Of a stretch of DNA of 64,000 nucleotides, positions 46,202-58,394 are shown one piece after another (the stretch's first letter is position 1; each line of letters begins with the position of its first letter). The DNA is taken from assembly GCA_965248355.1 (NCBI GenBank), contig OZ252098.1, positions 5,056,001 to 5,120,000 of the forward strand, written 5' to 3'. The DNA comes from Candidatus Latescibacterota bacterium (GTDB lineage: Bacteria > Latescibacterota > UBA2968 > UBA8231). The notes under the pieces were generated by a model, which made no database searches, was not told the DNA's origin, and saw only the letters and a list, made by a program, of their open reading frames with translations. Made by a program: the position numbers and the translations under genes.

Positions 46202-47307
46202 CGGTCGGTGAGATGGCGCAGGGCCCGGTCGAGGCGCTTGCGTGCGGCGCGGTTGGGACAACCCAGACGAAAGAACAGGTCGTGGCCGAGGTTCCGTTCC
46301 TCCGTGATCGTGATGTAGCCGGCCTGGAACAGCAGCGCCTCCGCCGTCATATCCTCCACGTCGAACGAGGACAGCAGGTCGGGGCTGCCCAGCATCTCGT
46401 CCACATCCGCGGAGCGAACCCCGCGCCCGGTCAGGGTTTCGACCACGAACGACGGGGTGTACGTCTCGAACTGCCAGGCGCCGAACTCGCGCTTGTCGCA
46501 GAGCCGCAGGATGTCGAAGGGGTTGTAGACCTTCTCATCGCCGCCCCAGTTGTAGCCGTTGTACCAGGCGCGGATCTCGTCCCGGTCGAGTCCGGGAAGC
46601 TCCGGGGCGAAGACTGCGTCCAAGTCCGAATCGGTGAAGCCGCAGATCGCCGAATAGCGCGGGTCCAGGGTGATGTCGATCAGGTTGTTGAGGCCGGAGA
46701 ACGGTCCGGCCAGGGGAAACTTGTGGACCCCGGTGAGAAGGCTGAACTGGATGTCGGCGTCGCTGGACTTGATCGTCGCGTAGAAACCAAACAGGTAGTC
46801 CCGTATGGCGCGGGCGGTTTCGGGGGTGTCGAGGTTGTCCAGGATCGGCTTTTCGTACTCGTCCACGAGGACCGCCACGCGCCGGCCGGTACGCTCGTGC
46901 AGTTCCCTGACCAGGTGCCGGAAGCGGAGGGACGGGTCGTTGTTGCGAGGGGTTACCTCCGCCTGGTCTTCCATGACCTTCAATTGCGCCGCCAGTTCCG
47001 TCCGCACGTTGTCCGGTCCCTGGTAGTTGCCGCTGCTGAAGTCGAGGCGCACGACCGGATGGCGTGCCGACCAGTCCCAGTGCTCGTGGATGTGCAGCCC
47101 CTCGAAGAGCGGTTCGTTGCCCTCGAACAACTCCTTGCAGGTGTCGAGGAACAGGCTCTTGCCGAAGCGCCGGGGGCGGGAGAGGAAGTAGTGCTTGGCC
47201 CCGTCGAGGAGCCGCCGGATGTACGGCGTCTTGTCGACGTAGTAGCAGTTTTCCTCGCGAATCCTGCGGAAGGTCTGGATGCCGATGGGGAGTCTGCGCC
47301 GGGTCAT
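46198..47307 (-). CDS. AAA-ATPase-like protein, truncated paralogue lacking the PD-(D/E)XK domain
   Basis: LPIGIQTF, YYVDKT, SRPRRFGKS, DEYEKP, SGLNNL, WYNGY; ends soon after 'FRLGCPN'. Confidence 0.85.
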   Translation of the reverse strand: MTRRRLPIGIQTFRRIREENCYYVDKTPYIRRLLDGAKHYFLSRPRRFGKSLFLDTCKELFEGNEPLFEGLHIHEHWDWSARHPVVRLDFSSGNYQGPDNVRTELAAQLKVMEDQAEVTPRNNDPSLRFRHLVRELHERTGRRVAVLVDEYEKPILDNLDTPETARAIRDYLFGFYATIKSSDADIQFSLLTGVHKFPLAGPFSGLNNLIDITLDPRYSAICGFTDSDLDAVFAPELPGLDRDEIRAWYNGYNWGGDEKVYNPFDILRLCDKREFGAWQFETYTPSFVVETLTGRGVRSADVDEMLGSPDLLSSFDVEDMTAEALLFQAGYITITEERNLGHDLFFRLGCPNRAARKRLDRALRHLTDR

Positions 47308-47326
47308 GGACATCACTTCGGGCCCC

Positions 47327-47551
47327 TCAATCGGAGGGCTTGAAGCCGCGGTCTCGCAGTTCGGAATCTCCTTGCCGCTGGATGAGGAGGGCGAGTCGTT
47401 CCCGAATCCAGGCTTCGTCCACCGGCTGGCCTTCCATCGCCATGGAATTGGCCACGTGGCGGGGAATCGCCTCCAAATGGATGCGCCGGCGTTCCTCGGG
47501 CGGCAGCCTGCGCCAGCGTTCGATGGCCTCCCTCCAATCGTTCTCCGGCAT
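47327..47551 (-). CDS. Small hypothetical protein with SxxxEG motif (VbhA-like antitoxin?)
   Basis: MPENDWREAIERW..HVANSMAMEGQPV; GGAGAGG RBS upstream. Confidence 0.5.
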   Translation of the reverse strand: MPENDWREAIERWRRLPPEERRRIHLEAIPRHVANSMAMEGQPVDEAWIRERLALLIQRQGDSELRDRGFKPSD

Positions 47552-47568
47552 CGTCCCTCTCCGGCTCT

Positions 47569-50467
47569 TCAAGCCCGCTCGACGGAGAAGGCCGCGAGGT
47601 TGCGGGTCTCCCTGCTGAACTCGACGGCCACCAGGTAGATCGGCAGGTCCAGGCCGCGGTACTTGTCGGCGTAGCGCCTCTCCTTCAGCTGCGCCATGGC
47701 GGCGCCTTCCGGCTCCATCTCGACCACCTTGAACTCGAAGAGATAGACGTTGTCGTTGAAACGGACCGCCATGTCGAGGCGGCCGTGGCTGCTGCTGTCC
47801 TCCACCGTAACGTCCGATTCCAGGGCCGCGAAGTACGAGTAGAACACGCTGGCGTAGTAGCCCTCGTAGGAGGCGATGTCGTTGCTGGTGTACCACTCGT
47901 AGGGGATACTGGCGAAGAAGGCGCGGAACAGGGTCTCGAGCCCGGCGAAGTCGTTGGCCAGCAGCAAGTCGTAGAGCCGGGCGCTGTGCGCCTCCCGGCG
48001 CGAGTCATCCCCCGTCATGCGGTTCAGCAGGCTCTCGTTCAGGCTCTGCCTCACCTCCTGGTTGGGATAGCCCAGCCGGTAATACATCCGCCGGCCGCGC
48101 GGCTCGGTGCGGCGGATGGTCAGGTAGCCGGTCTGGAACAGCAGCGCCTCGGTAGCGATGTGATCGACGTCGAAGGCCGACAGCAGGTCGCTGCTTCCCA
48201 GCATGTCGTCGAGGGCCAGCGAGCTCACTCTTCGCCGGAACAGCGTTTCCACCAGGAACGCCGGGGTGCCGGTCTCGAACCACCAGGCGCCGAACTCGCG
48301 GCGTCGAAACAGCAGCAGGATGTCGAATGGGTTGTAGACCTTCTCCTCGCCGAGCCAGTTGTAGCCATTGTACCAGTCGCGGATCTCGTCCCGGTCGAGA
48401 CCGGGGAGTTCCGGGGCGAAGACCGCGTCCAGGTCCGCATCGGTATAGCCGCAGATGGAGGAGGGTAGTGTACCCCAAATCCTGGACAGGTGGCTAAGCG
48501 AGACTTTGCGTCCACCGACCCACTGTCCGGAGGGGCTTGGATGACGAGGAAACGCAAGACGCATTCGGCGCAGTTCAAAGCCAAGGTGGCCTTGGAGGCT
48601 CTGCGCGAACGGCAGACGGTCAACGAGCTGGCCCACAAGTTCTCCGTCCACCCCAGCCAGATCCACGGCTGGAAGAAGCAGTTGCTGGAGCGGCTGCCCG
48701 AGGTCTTCCGGGGCCCCGGGACCCGCCGGGGCGACGACGAGGCCGCCTTGGTGCCCGAGCTCTACCAGCAGATCGGGCGGCTGCAGATGGAACTGGAGTG
48801 GCTTCAAAAAAAACACGAGGCTCTCGGTGGCTGAGCGCCGCGCCCTCATCGAGCCGCACCCCGGCCCGCTGAGCGTGCATCGGCAGTGCCAACTGCTCGG
48901 GCTGGCCCGCTCCAGTTTCTACTACCGCCCGGAGGCGCCGGATCGGCTCACCCTCGACCTGATGAACGCCATCGACCGGATCTACACCGAGCACCCGGTC
49001 TACGGCGTGCGCCGGATCTGCGCGGCCCTGAGGCGGGACGGCTACCCGGTCAATCCCAAGCGCGTGCACCGCCTGATGAAGGCCCTGGGCCTGCAGGCGA
49101 TCTATCCCCGGCCGCGACCGACCACCCCCAACCCTCAGCACCGGGTCTATCCGTATCTGCTGCGAGGGGTGACCGTGAACCGGCCGGACCAGGTGTGGTG
49201 CAGCGACATCACCTATCTGCCGATGCCCTCCGGCTTCGTCTACCTGGTGGCGGTCATGGACTGGTTCAGCCGCTACGTGCTGGCCTGGCGGGTCTCCAAC
49301 ACCCTCGACGCGGCCTTCTGCCTGGAGGCCCTGGAGGAAGCCCTGAGCCAGGGGCGGCCGGAGATCTTCAACACCGACCAGGGGGCCCAGTTCACCAGCA
49401 CCGCCTTCACCGGGCGGGTCGAGGCGGCCGGGGCCCGGGTGAGCATGGACGGCCGCGGCCGGGTGCTGGACAACATCTTCATCGAGCGGCTGTGGCGCTC
49501 CCTGAAGTACGAGGACATCTACCTGAAGGCCTACGACAGCGTCCCCGAGTTGATCGAGGGCGTGGCGGCCTACTTCCGCTTCTACAACCTCGAGCGGCCG
49601 CACCAGGCCTTCGACTACGAGACCCCCAGCGATGTCTACCACCGGGCGGCCTGAGCGCGGGGGCTCCTCACGGCCTCGGTGGCCCGGCCTGGGTGCAAGT
49701 CCGGGAGGCGGGGCTTCGGTCCCAGCGCCGGGGCGCAGTACGGCTCCATTACATCTCGAGACTCTCGCTTGTACAAGCCCAATTCCTGTCCAGTTGACGG
49801 GGTACACTTCCGAGTACTCCGCGTCCAGGGTGATGTCGATCAGGTTGTTGAGGCCGGAGAACAGGCTGACCTTGGAGAACTTGCTCACCCCGGTAAGGAA
49901 GCTGAAACGGATGTGCGCGTCGGAGAACTTCACGGTCGAATACAGGCTGCGCAGAAAGTCGCGGTTGGCGCGGGCGACCTCGGGCGCGTCGAGCCTGTCG
50001 AGGATCGGCTTGTCGTACTCGTCCACGAGGACCGCCACGCGCTGGCCGGCACGCTCGTGGAGCTCCTTGACCAAGTGCCGGAAGCGGAGGGACGGATCGT
50101 TGTCGCGGGGGGTTACCTCCGCTTCGTCCTCCATGACGCTCAATTGCGCCGCCACTTCCGTCCGCACGTCTTCGGGCGCCTGGTACTTGCCGCTGCTGAA
50201 GTCGAGGCGAACGACCGGATGGCGTGCCGACCAGTCCCAGTGCTCGTGGATGTGCAGCCCCTCGAAGAGCGGTTCGTTGCCCTCGAACAGCTCCTTGCAG
50301 GTGTCGAGGAACAGGCTCTTGCCGAAGCGCCGGGGCCGCGACAGGAAGTAGTGCTTGCCCTCGTCGAGCAACCGCCGGATGTACGGGGTCTTGTCGACGT
50401 AGTAGCAGTCCTGCTCGCGGATCTCGCGGAAGGTCTGGATGCCTATGGGGAGTCTGCGTTTGGGCAT
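47569..50467 (-). pseudogene. AAA-ATPase-like + PD-(D/E)XK nuclease protein interrupted by IS3
   Basis: SRPRRFGKS, DEYDKP; C-terminal EGYYASV, GRLDM, FEFK, QLKERRY; removing IS + TSD restores LDAEYSSICGYTD. Confidence 0.9.
48464..49811 (+). mobile_element. IS3-family element, copy 1 (orfA ~48541-48834, orfB 48827-49654)
   Basis: HTH orfA, A8 slippery site 48806-48813, DDE WCSDITY/NTDQGAQFTS/NIFIERLWRSLKYE; IRs GGWAGTGTACCCC..CTGGACAGG; TSD GAG. Confidence 0.95.
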
Positions 50468-50545
50468 GGATGTCAGCTCATGTCGCTCAAGTTGCTCGGG
50501 GCAGTTACTTTTTCCAACGCCGGTGACTGATGATGCCGGTCAATG

Positions 50546-51016
50546 CTACTTCCTCAGTTCCAGCAACACATAAACAGCAAAGGCCCGCCGATCCTTGACG
50601 GGTGCCTTCTGGAAGCGACTGAGAACATCTGCTGCGTCAGCGGTATCTTGGATAACTTCGGACTTGTAGAAAACCTCATCCGGGTCGTAGTCGGCACGAT
50701 GGCGTTTGTCCTGCATTTCGACGAACAGACCTGCGAAGTCCTGAATATCGTTCGGAAAGCGCTTGATCATTTTCCGGTGTTCGCATCGAGATCGCGCCGT
50801 TCGGTGCTGCAAGGCGCGGTATGCCTGACGCCACGCTGACTTGCTCCGGTCGGCACCGCGGCCCCCTACCACCATATCCGCGCAGGTTCGTGCCAAACAG
50901 TGAAACAGTGCGTAGTAGATCGTGCTGATGGCCCGGCAAAGGCTCGCCTGCCGCGGCTTACCGCTTCTCGCTCGCGTCAGGTCTCTCGCCGTCTCAATAA
51001 GATCTGAGGGCTTCAA
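50546..51016 (-). CDS. HEPN-domain protein (putative RNase toxin)
   Basis: RAISTIYYALFH and KRHRADYD motifs; TTG start overlapping the upstream gene. Confidence 0.75.
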   Translation of the reverse strand: MKPSDLIETARDLTRARSGKPRQASLCRAISTIYYALFHCLARTCADMVVGGRGADRSKSAWRQAYRALQHRTARSRCEHRKMIKRFPNDIQDFAGLFVEMQDKRHRADYDPDEVFYKSEVIQDTADAADVLSRFQKAPVKDRRAFAVYVLLELRK

Positions 51017-51317
51017 GATCGCGGTCCCGCAGTTCGGATTTGGCGATGAACGAGATAACCGGAAACGCTTCCGTGCCTGCCTCCGCGAGCTTGGCACGCA
51101 GGTGACGAATCAGGCCAGAGGTCCGCTCAGCACCGAGGAGATCCTTGTCGAAAACAGCTTTGATTACAAGAATCTCGTCGCCGTACTCCCCGACGTCCGG
51201 CCTTACCGCAATCACCTCAAAGACATTACCGCATCGTTCTCTCAAAGTCGATTCGACAATATCCTTGACTCTTGGAAAATCCTGTTTCGTCACTTCTGGC
51301 TCCTTTCGTTTATCCAC
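50994..51317 (-). CDS. Small protein overlapping the HEPN gene, putative antitoxin
   Basis: 107 aa alpha/beta, GDEILVIKAVFD..AFPVISFIAKSE; overlaps HEPN start. Confidence 0.6.
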   Translation of the reverse strand: MDKRKEPEVTKQDFPRVKDIVESTLRERCGNVFEVIAVRPDVGEYGDEILVIKAVFDKDLLGAERTSGLIRHLRAKLAEAGTEAFPVISFIAKSELRDRDLEALRSY

Positions 51318-51356
51318 TTGGCCTCTACCAACTTCCAGCCGGAAGCCAGCGTCGGC

Positions 51357-53548
51357 TCAACAAGGCCTCCCACAGATTCCTTCCTCCGTGGCTGCGAAGA
51401 GGCCACCGCCGCTATGGCTGTCGCGGCCGAGCATGATCGGTCCCTCAACCGCCACGGCAAAACGGAGGCGCAGACGGGTAGTAATACCGCCACCATTCGG
51501 ACCGGCACTGAGTTTCAACACCTCGCCTTCGGGCTTGGGCAGGCCCCGGCGCTCGCATTCGGCAATTACATCGCGCACCACAGCGGCACCCAGATCCTTG
51601 CCCCGTCCTGCATGGCGCGTTGGGCGATAAACGGTGCGGGTCTCCCATACGCGCGAAGGGCCAACGAGAGGATCGCCGTCCGCCAGGGCGCTTGCTGGGC
51701 CGAGCGTGAGGACGCCGAGCCTGCCAGCCCGCAAATGGGTCAGGGTCGTCACCACGTCTTCGAAGCAGACACGGTCTTCACGCCTGCCTTCTGTAGTGCG
51801 ATCACAGACCCACGGCGCAGCCACAATCAGGCGGTCAATGCGCCCGTTCCCCTCGGCGTCATCCACGGCGAGAAAAGCATGTTCATGCCCACCGGACCGC
51901 GCTGGTGCTCCCTCGCGTTCGTGTCCTGAGAAAAGCCGGGGCACATGTCCGTTGTCGTCCCGCGAAAGCGCCATCAGCGCACGTCTGACCGCGTGCAGCA
52001 ACGGTGCGGCGTCGGCAGTGGCGATACTTCTCTCGACCGCTATCGAGAATGCTACCGCGTCGTGTGAGACATCGCTTTTTGGCGCCATCAGGCCCAGACC
52101 GCAGAATCTGCCGTCACCAATGAGGAGTGGCCCAAGGACTGGCTCCCGGAACCGAAGCTGTACATGCCACAGGTCATGCTTGGAGAATCGAGAACCATCT
52201 GCGAAGAGTTCGGCTCGTACGCCCCTTCTCTGGAAGGGCTCCCTCTGTACATGTATCTCGGATGGTCGGGTACGCAAGCCAGTGTGACGAAGCGCCTGCA
52301 CAACTGCGCCAACGGCTCGCTCCTCCTCCTGGCTCCGTTCTTCTGCGATCTTTTCGCCAGCAGTCCCGATGCGGCGGCGCTGGGCCTTCGGCAGCGCCAT
52401 GGGCGATATGCTCTGGAATACGTGAGACACTTGCCCGAACCGGTCCGCCATCTGTGAATCGCTGGTTGATACCAGACTTCCCGGCCAAGTCTCTCCGGTG
52501 CGAGAGTTGTAAGATCGAAGACCCGCGAACGCCCACTCCAAGTCGTCGAGTCGAACAGGACAATCCGGAGGAATCTCGACCATGATGCGCCGGATGGAAG
52601 GGTCCGTATGCGGCGCCCCGATAGACGGGATGGGTATCAATCTGATGCGCTGGGCAAGATCGGCAGGACCGGCACCCCGGCCGATGATCAGTCTCTCGAA
52701 CAATGCGGATTTTTCGGGCAGGGATTTCCGCAGCCGCTCCGCCGCAGCATCACGCAGGCCGGTGATCAGTGGCGCCGCGGAGGCGAGGGGGCGAGGAGCA
52801 AACCCCCCCTCCGGCCCGCGCAACTCGAAGTGAAGGCAGCGCGAGGGGGTGTCGTATCCCGTGCGGCGGAACGATGCCTTGGGTGGCTGGGTGAACAACT
52901 GTCGAGACTTGCGGCCCGTGCCAACCGTCGTCAGACGTCTGCGCTTGCCCTGATACCTGTTGACTAAACTGTCGAGTGTACCGGAATGCGGCGTTGCCGT
53001 CTCACCTGCCCCCCTAGGTCGTCGTATGGATCCCGAATGAGATTCAAGAAGGGCCTCTACTTCGTTTCGTTCCAAGACTTGGCCGCTCGCCCATGCCATA
53101 TCGATGCCCCTCCCGAGTTGATACAACCGCTCGGCAATGGCGCATATGCGCGTCGCCTCCGCCGCTCCCGACTCGAAATCCCATACGTAGTGCACCGGCT
53201 CATGCGGGTCGAAGAAACAGGGACGCCACTGCTTGGGGACGCGAATCTCGCTCACACGCGCAGGATCGCCGCCGACGGAATCCAGATCGTTGTTCGGGAC
53301 GAACAGCTTGACTGCCCGTCCGTATCGCACCGCTGGCGCGGCAATCCTTGGCGGGTCGAGCCGTTCGAGCCACTTCAGTGCTTGCTCGTCCTCCATGAAG
53401 AGCCTGGCTCCGCGGGCGGCACCTGCGACCAGTGCCTGGAACAGACGGCCCGGTGAGGGCGGCCAGCCGTCTGCGCCGTTGAACCGATCCTCCTGGCCAT
53501 GGTACCGGCTCTCGTGAAACCGAACAGCGATCAGAAGCGACCGAGGCA

Positions 53549-53549
<1 letters not shown>
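51357..53549 (-). CDS. csb2: Type I-G Csb2 (Cas5/Cas6 fusion), 730 aa
   Basis: RYHG..WPPSPGRLFQALVA, VPNND, LGRGIDMA; two G-rich C-terminal loops. Confidence 0.92.
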
Positions 53550-55530
<1,981 letters not shown>

Positions 55531-55533
55531 CCT

Positions 55534-58364
55534 TCAGTGCTTTCCGTGCCGTCTTGACGATTCTCGGGACGCGCTCTGGTCCGCCGCCCGGAGAATCGCC
55601 TCCCTCCAGGCGAGCCCCCAAGGACCGTAATGTCCTTGCAGGAGGGCAAAGCGCAACGCCGCTTCTCCCGCCTTGGGCTCCAGTAAGGACGGCGGTCCGT
55701 CCTCGCACCCCGCGGAACTGATGATTGGGCGCGCGTTGCCATGATGGGCCGATATCAGGTGCAAGATCAGATCGCGGGTGTTGTCCGGCAGATTCTCCAA
55801 CTCCGCCTTCAGAAGGGAGCCGAATTCGTGACGGTAGCCTTCCAGAAGGCGCCAATTCCCACCGCCACGCGTCTTTGCATAGGGGCGGCCGTCCTTCGGT
55901 GCATTCATTGCGTTCTGCCAGCGCGTCGCGGCCTTGCCGTGGTCATGCAATCGGGCTGCGATAGAGAGTGCTTCGACCTCTTCGTCCGGTAGTCCGAGCC
56001 GCGTGGCCAGATCGCGGGCACGGGCGACGACATGGTCGGTGTGATCGCGCAAGGCTTGCGGGGCGGACAATATGGACCGGGAGTCTTCGTCTGTCGGGTC
56101 GTCCAGCCACTTGTAGACCGCCAGCCCATGCCGTGCCACACCGTCGGCATCGAAGCTGGTCTCAAAGGTCCGAACGTGCCGCCAGTCTTCAAGCTCGGCA
56201 TTGAGCTTCAAGCCTTCTTCGTCCTCGCTGCCGGTGACCTCCTCCACTCGGAATCTGATCAGGGGATGTGACTGTTCGGCGGATGAATCTTCCTTCATTT
56301 CCCGCCAGTGTCCATCTGTGTCCGCGACAGACGCCTCGGACTCGGACTTCTCATCCAACATCCCGTCGCGCAAGCCACGGATTCGTGCGTCCAGAACCAA
56401 GAGCGCACCAGGCAGCAGCCGTTCCTTCCACTCTTGCTTGCGTCGGTCACGACTTCGTTGCTCGCTCTTGCTCATGCTCTTCGCCGGCGCGGCAAAGTGC
56501 CGGAGGTCGCTGAGCTCCGCGTGCGCCACGTGCTCGCCGGCACGGTCAATCAAGATGGCGACAATTTCCTCGTCCTTCACCGCCAGTTCGTGGTCCTGGC
56601 CGCGCTTGCCGATTTGAACCGCTCGCTTGAGCAACCAGTCGAGCACCCGGCTCGATCCCGCTTCCAGCTTCTCGGTCGTATGTATCGGCGCGGATTGGAA
56701 GAATTCTGCGACCATGGCGGGCGGCGCGGAGATATCGGATCCCACGCGGACGTACGGCAGATACTTCCGCCAAGCCACCGTAGTTTGAGGGTCTTCATCT
56801 TCTTCCCAGCCACGTAGCCACGGTGCGACCTCGGGGCGGCCTTCGTGCCGTCTTAGCGAGGTCATGGCCCAAGCATCCACAAGCGGGCGGGTCAGTTCCG
56901 GATGTAACGGCACCGGCGTCGTGGCTGCGTCGACGACATCCGGGCGGCAGCTCTTCAACTCGTCGGTTGCGGACGGACTGGCGTCGTGGCGGTCGTCCTG
57001 TCCACGTCGCAGTTGGCGCAGCGGGATCGTTCGCTGGTTGTACGTTTTGAGAGCCTTCTCGTGTGCCTCCCTGTCAGCTTTCCGGGCCTTGGTCTCCAAC
57101 TCGGGTCTTACCGCGAATACGTCTACCGTGGCGGTTCGCTCCTCGCCGCCGCGCCGATTGACCCTCCCGAGCCGCTGCACCATACGCTCGTAGGCGACCA
57201 GATCGCACACCATGTGATCCGCATCAAGGTCCACGCCGACTTCGCCCGCGGACGTGGCGATGAGGAAGGTCGGTGTTTGTGGCGAGGCCTTCGAGCCGCC
57301 GAGAAAACCGTGCGTTTCGAGCCAGCTCTCCAGCGCCGTGCGCTCGTATACCCTGCGTTCGCCGACAAGAAGCTCCGATTCGTGGCCAGCCGCTAGGTCT
57401 CCAGCCTTTCGTCGTTGCTTGCATTCCTTGTCGATCAACGTCTTCACTTCCACGGCGTCCCTGCGGCGGTCGCAGTAAACGAGCACACGGAATGGGCTAC
57501 TGCTGTCGCCGAGCTCAAGGGCGCGATTGGCCATGCATTCGGTCAGGGACCCCGCATCCGTGGGTTCAATGATTCGCAGCCGCTTCCGCGCAGTGAGGCG
57601 CTGATGGACCACGGGCTCCTTGCGGTCCTCTTTCTCCAGCCTGAAGACGTACTCCGGCGGTGTCTCGACCGCCTCCCGCCCCGTTGCAGACAGGGACATC
57701 AGGCGGAACGACGGCGTGACCGGCTCACTTCCCGGTCTCGGGCCGAGCTTCTCATCGCGATGGTCCGCGACTTGGCGTAGGAGCGCTTCGAAGGGCGGAC
57801 AGAGATGCGCCTCGTCTAGCAGAACGAGCGTGTCGACGCCGAGGAAGCCCGCGTGGTACGGCCGCATACCCCTCGATACGCCGTATCCTTCAAACAGTAG
57901 CCGGGAGCCGATCATGTCGATGGTTCCGACCACGATTGCGGGCTTGGTGGGATCTTCGAGCCAGTCGCGGTTGTCGGCGAATCCGCCGCGCAAGGTCGAG
58001 ATTGGCAGAGCACCCGCACCATCCTGGAGCCGGAGTCGGTCCGCCAACTCGCTGGGCATGTTGCGCCGCAACTGCTCCGCGAATCGCGTTGCCTGGTCAA
58101 CCACCGCGCGCCGGTCCACCACATATACGAGCCGCCTCGGCAGATGCGCCCCTGCTGCAAGGGCGATCAGCCACAAGGCCTCACGGAAGTCTTGCCAAGG
58201 CCGGTCGGAATGTCGACGACTTTGGGCAGGTCGGCGTTGATGCAACGGCGAAGAAGCCGAGACTGCCAGCGAAACGGCGGGTGTTCCTCGCAGTTCTCGG
58301 CTGTGAGGGTGGCAAACACCGAGGCCAGACGATTGTCGTCGTCCCAACTTGATGCGTTGATCAC
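55534..58364 (-). CDS. cas3: Type I-G Cas3 (N-terminal helicase, C-terminal HD); 1-nt deletion near 58183
   Basis: PFRWQ, PTGLGKTS, VVDRRAVVDQ, DEAH, SAT, QRLGRVNR; HD domain H..HDHGK, RHE, HHG. Confidence 0.93.
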
Positions 58365-58394
58365 TTTACTCTCACCCCATCTGCGCGATGGGCC

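Noticed and set aside
48409..48421. TTCCGGGGCGAAG (also ~46601) identical to 13 nt of the CRISPR repeat
   Set aside because: It encodes the conserved VFAPEL of the AAA genes on the other strand; coincidence in GC-rich DNA
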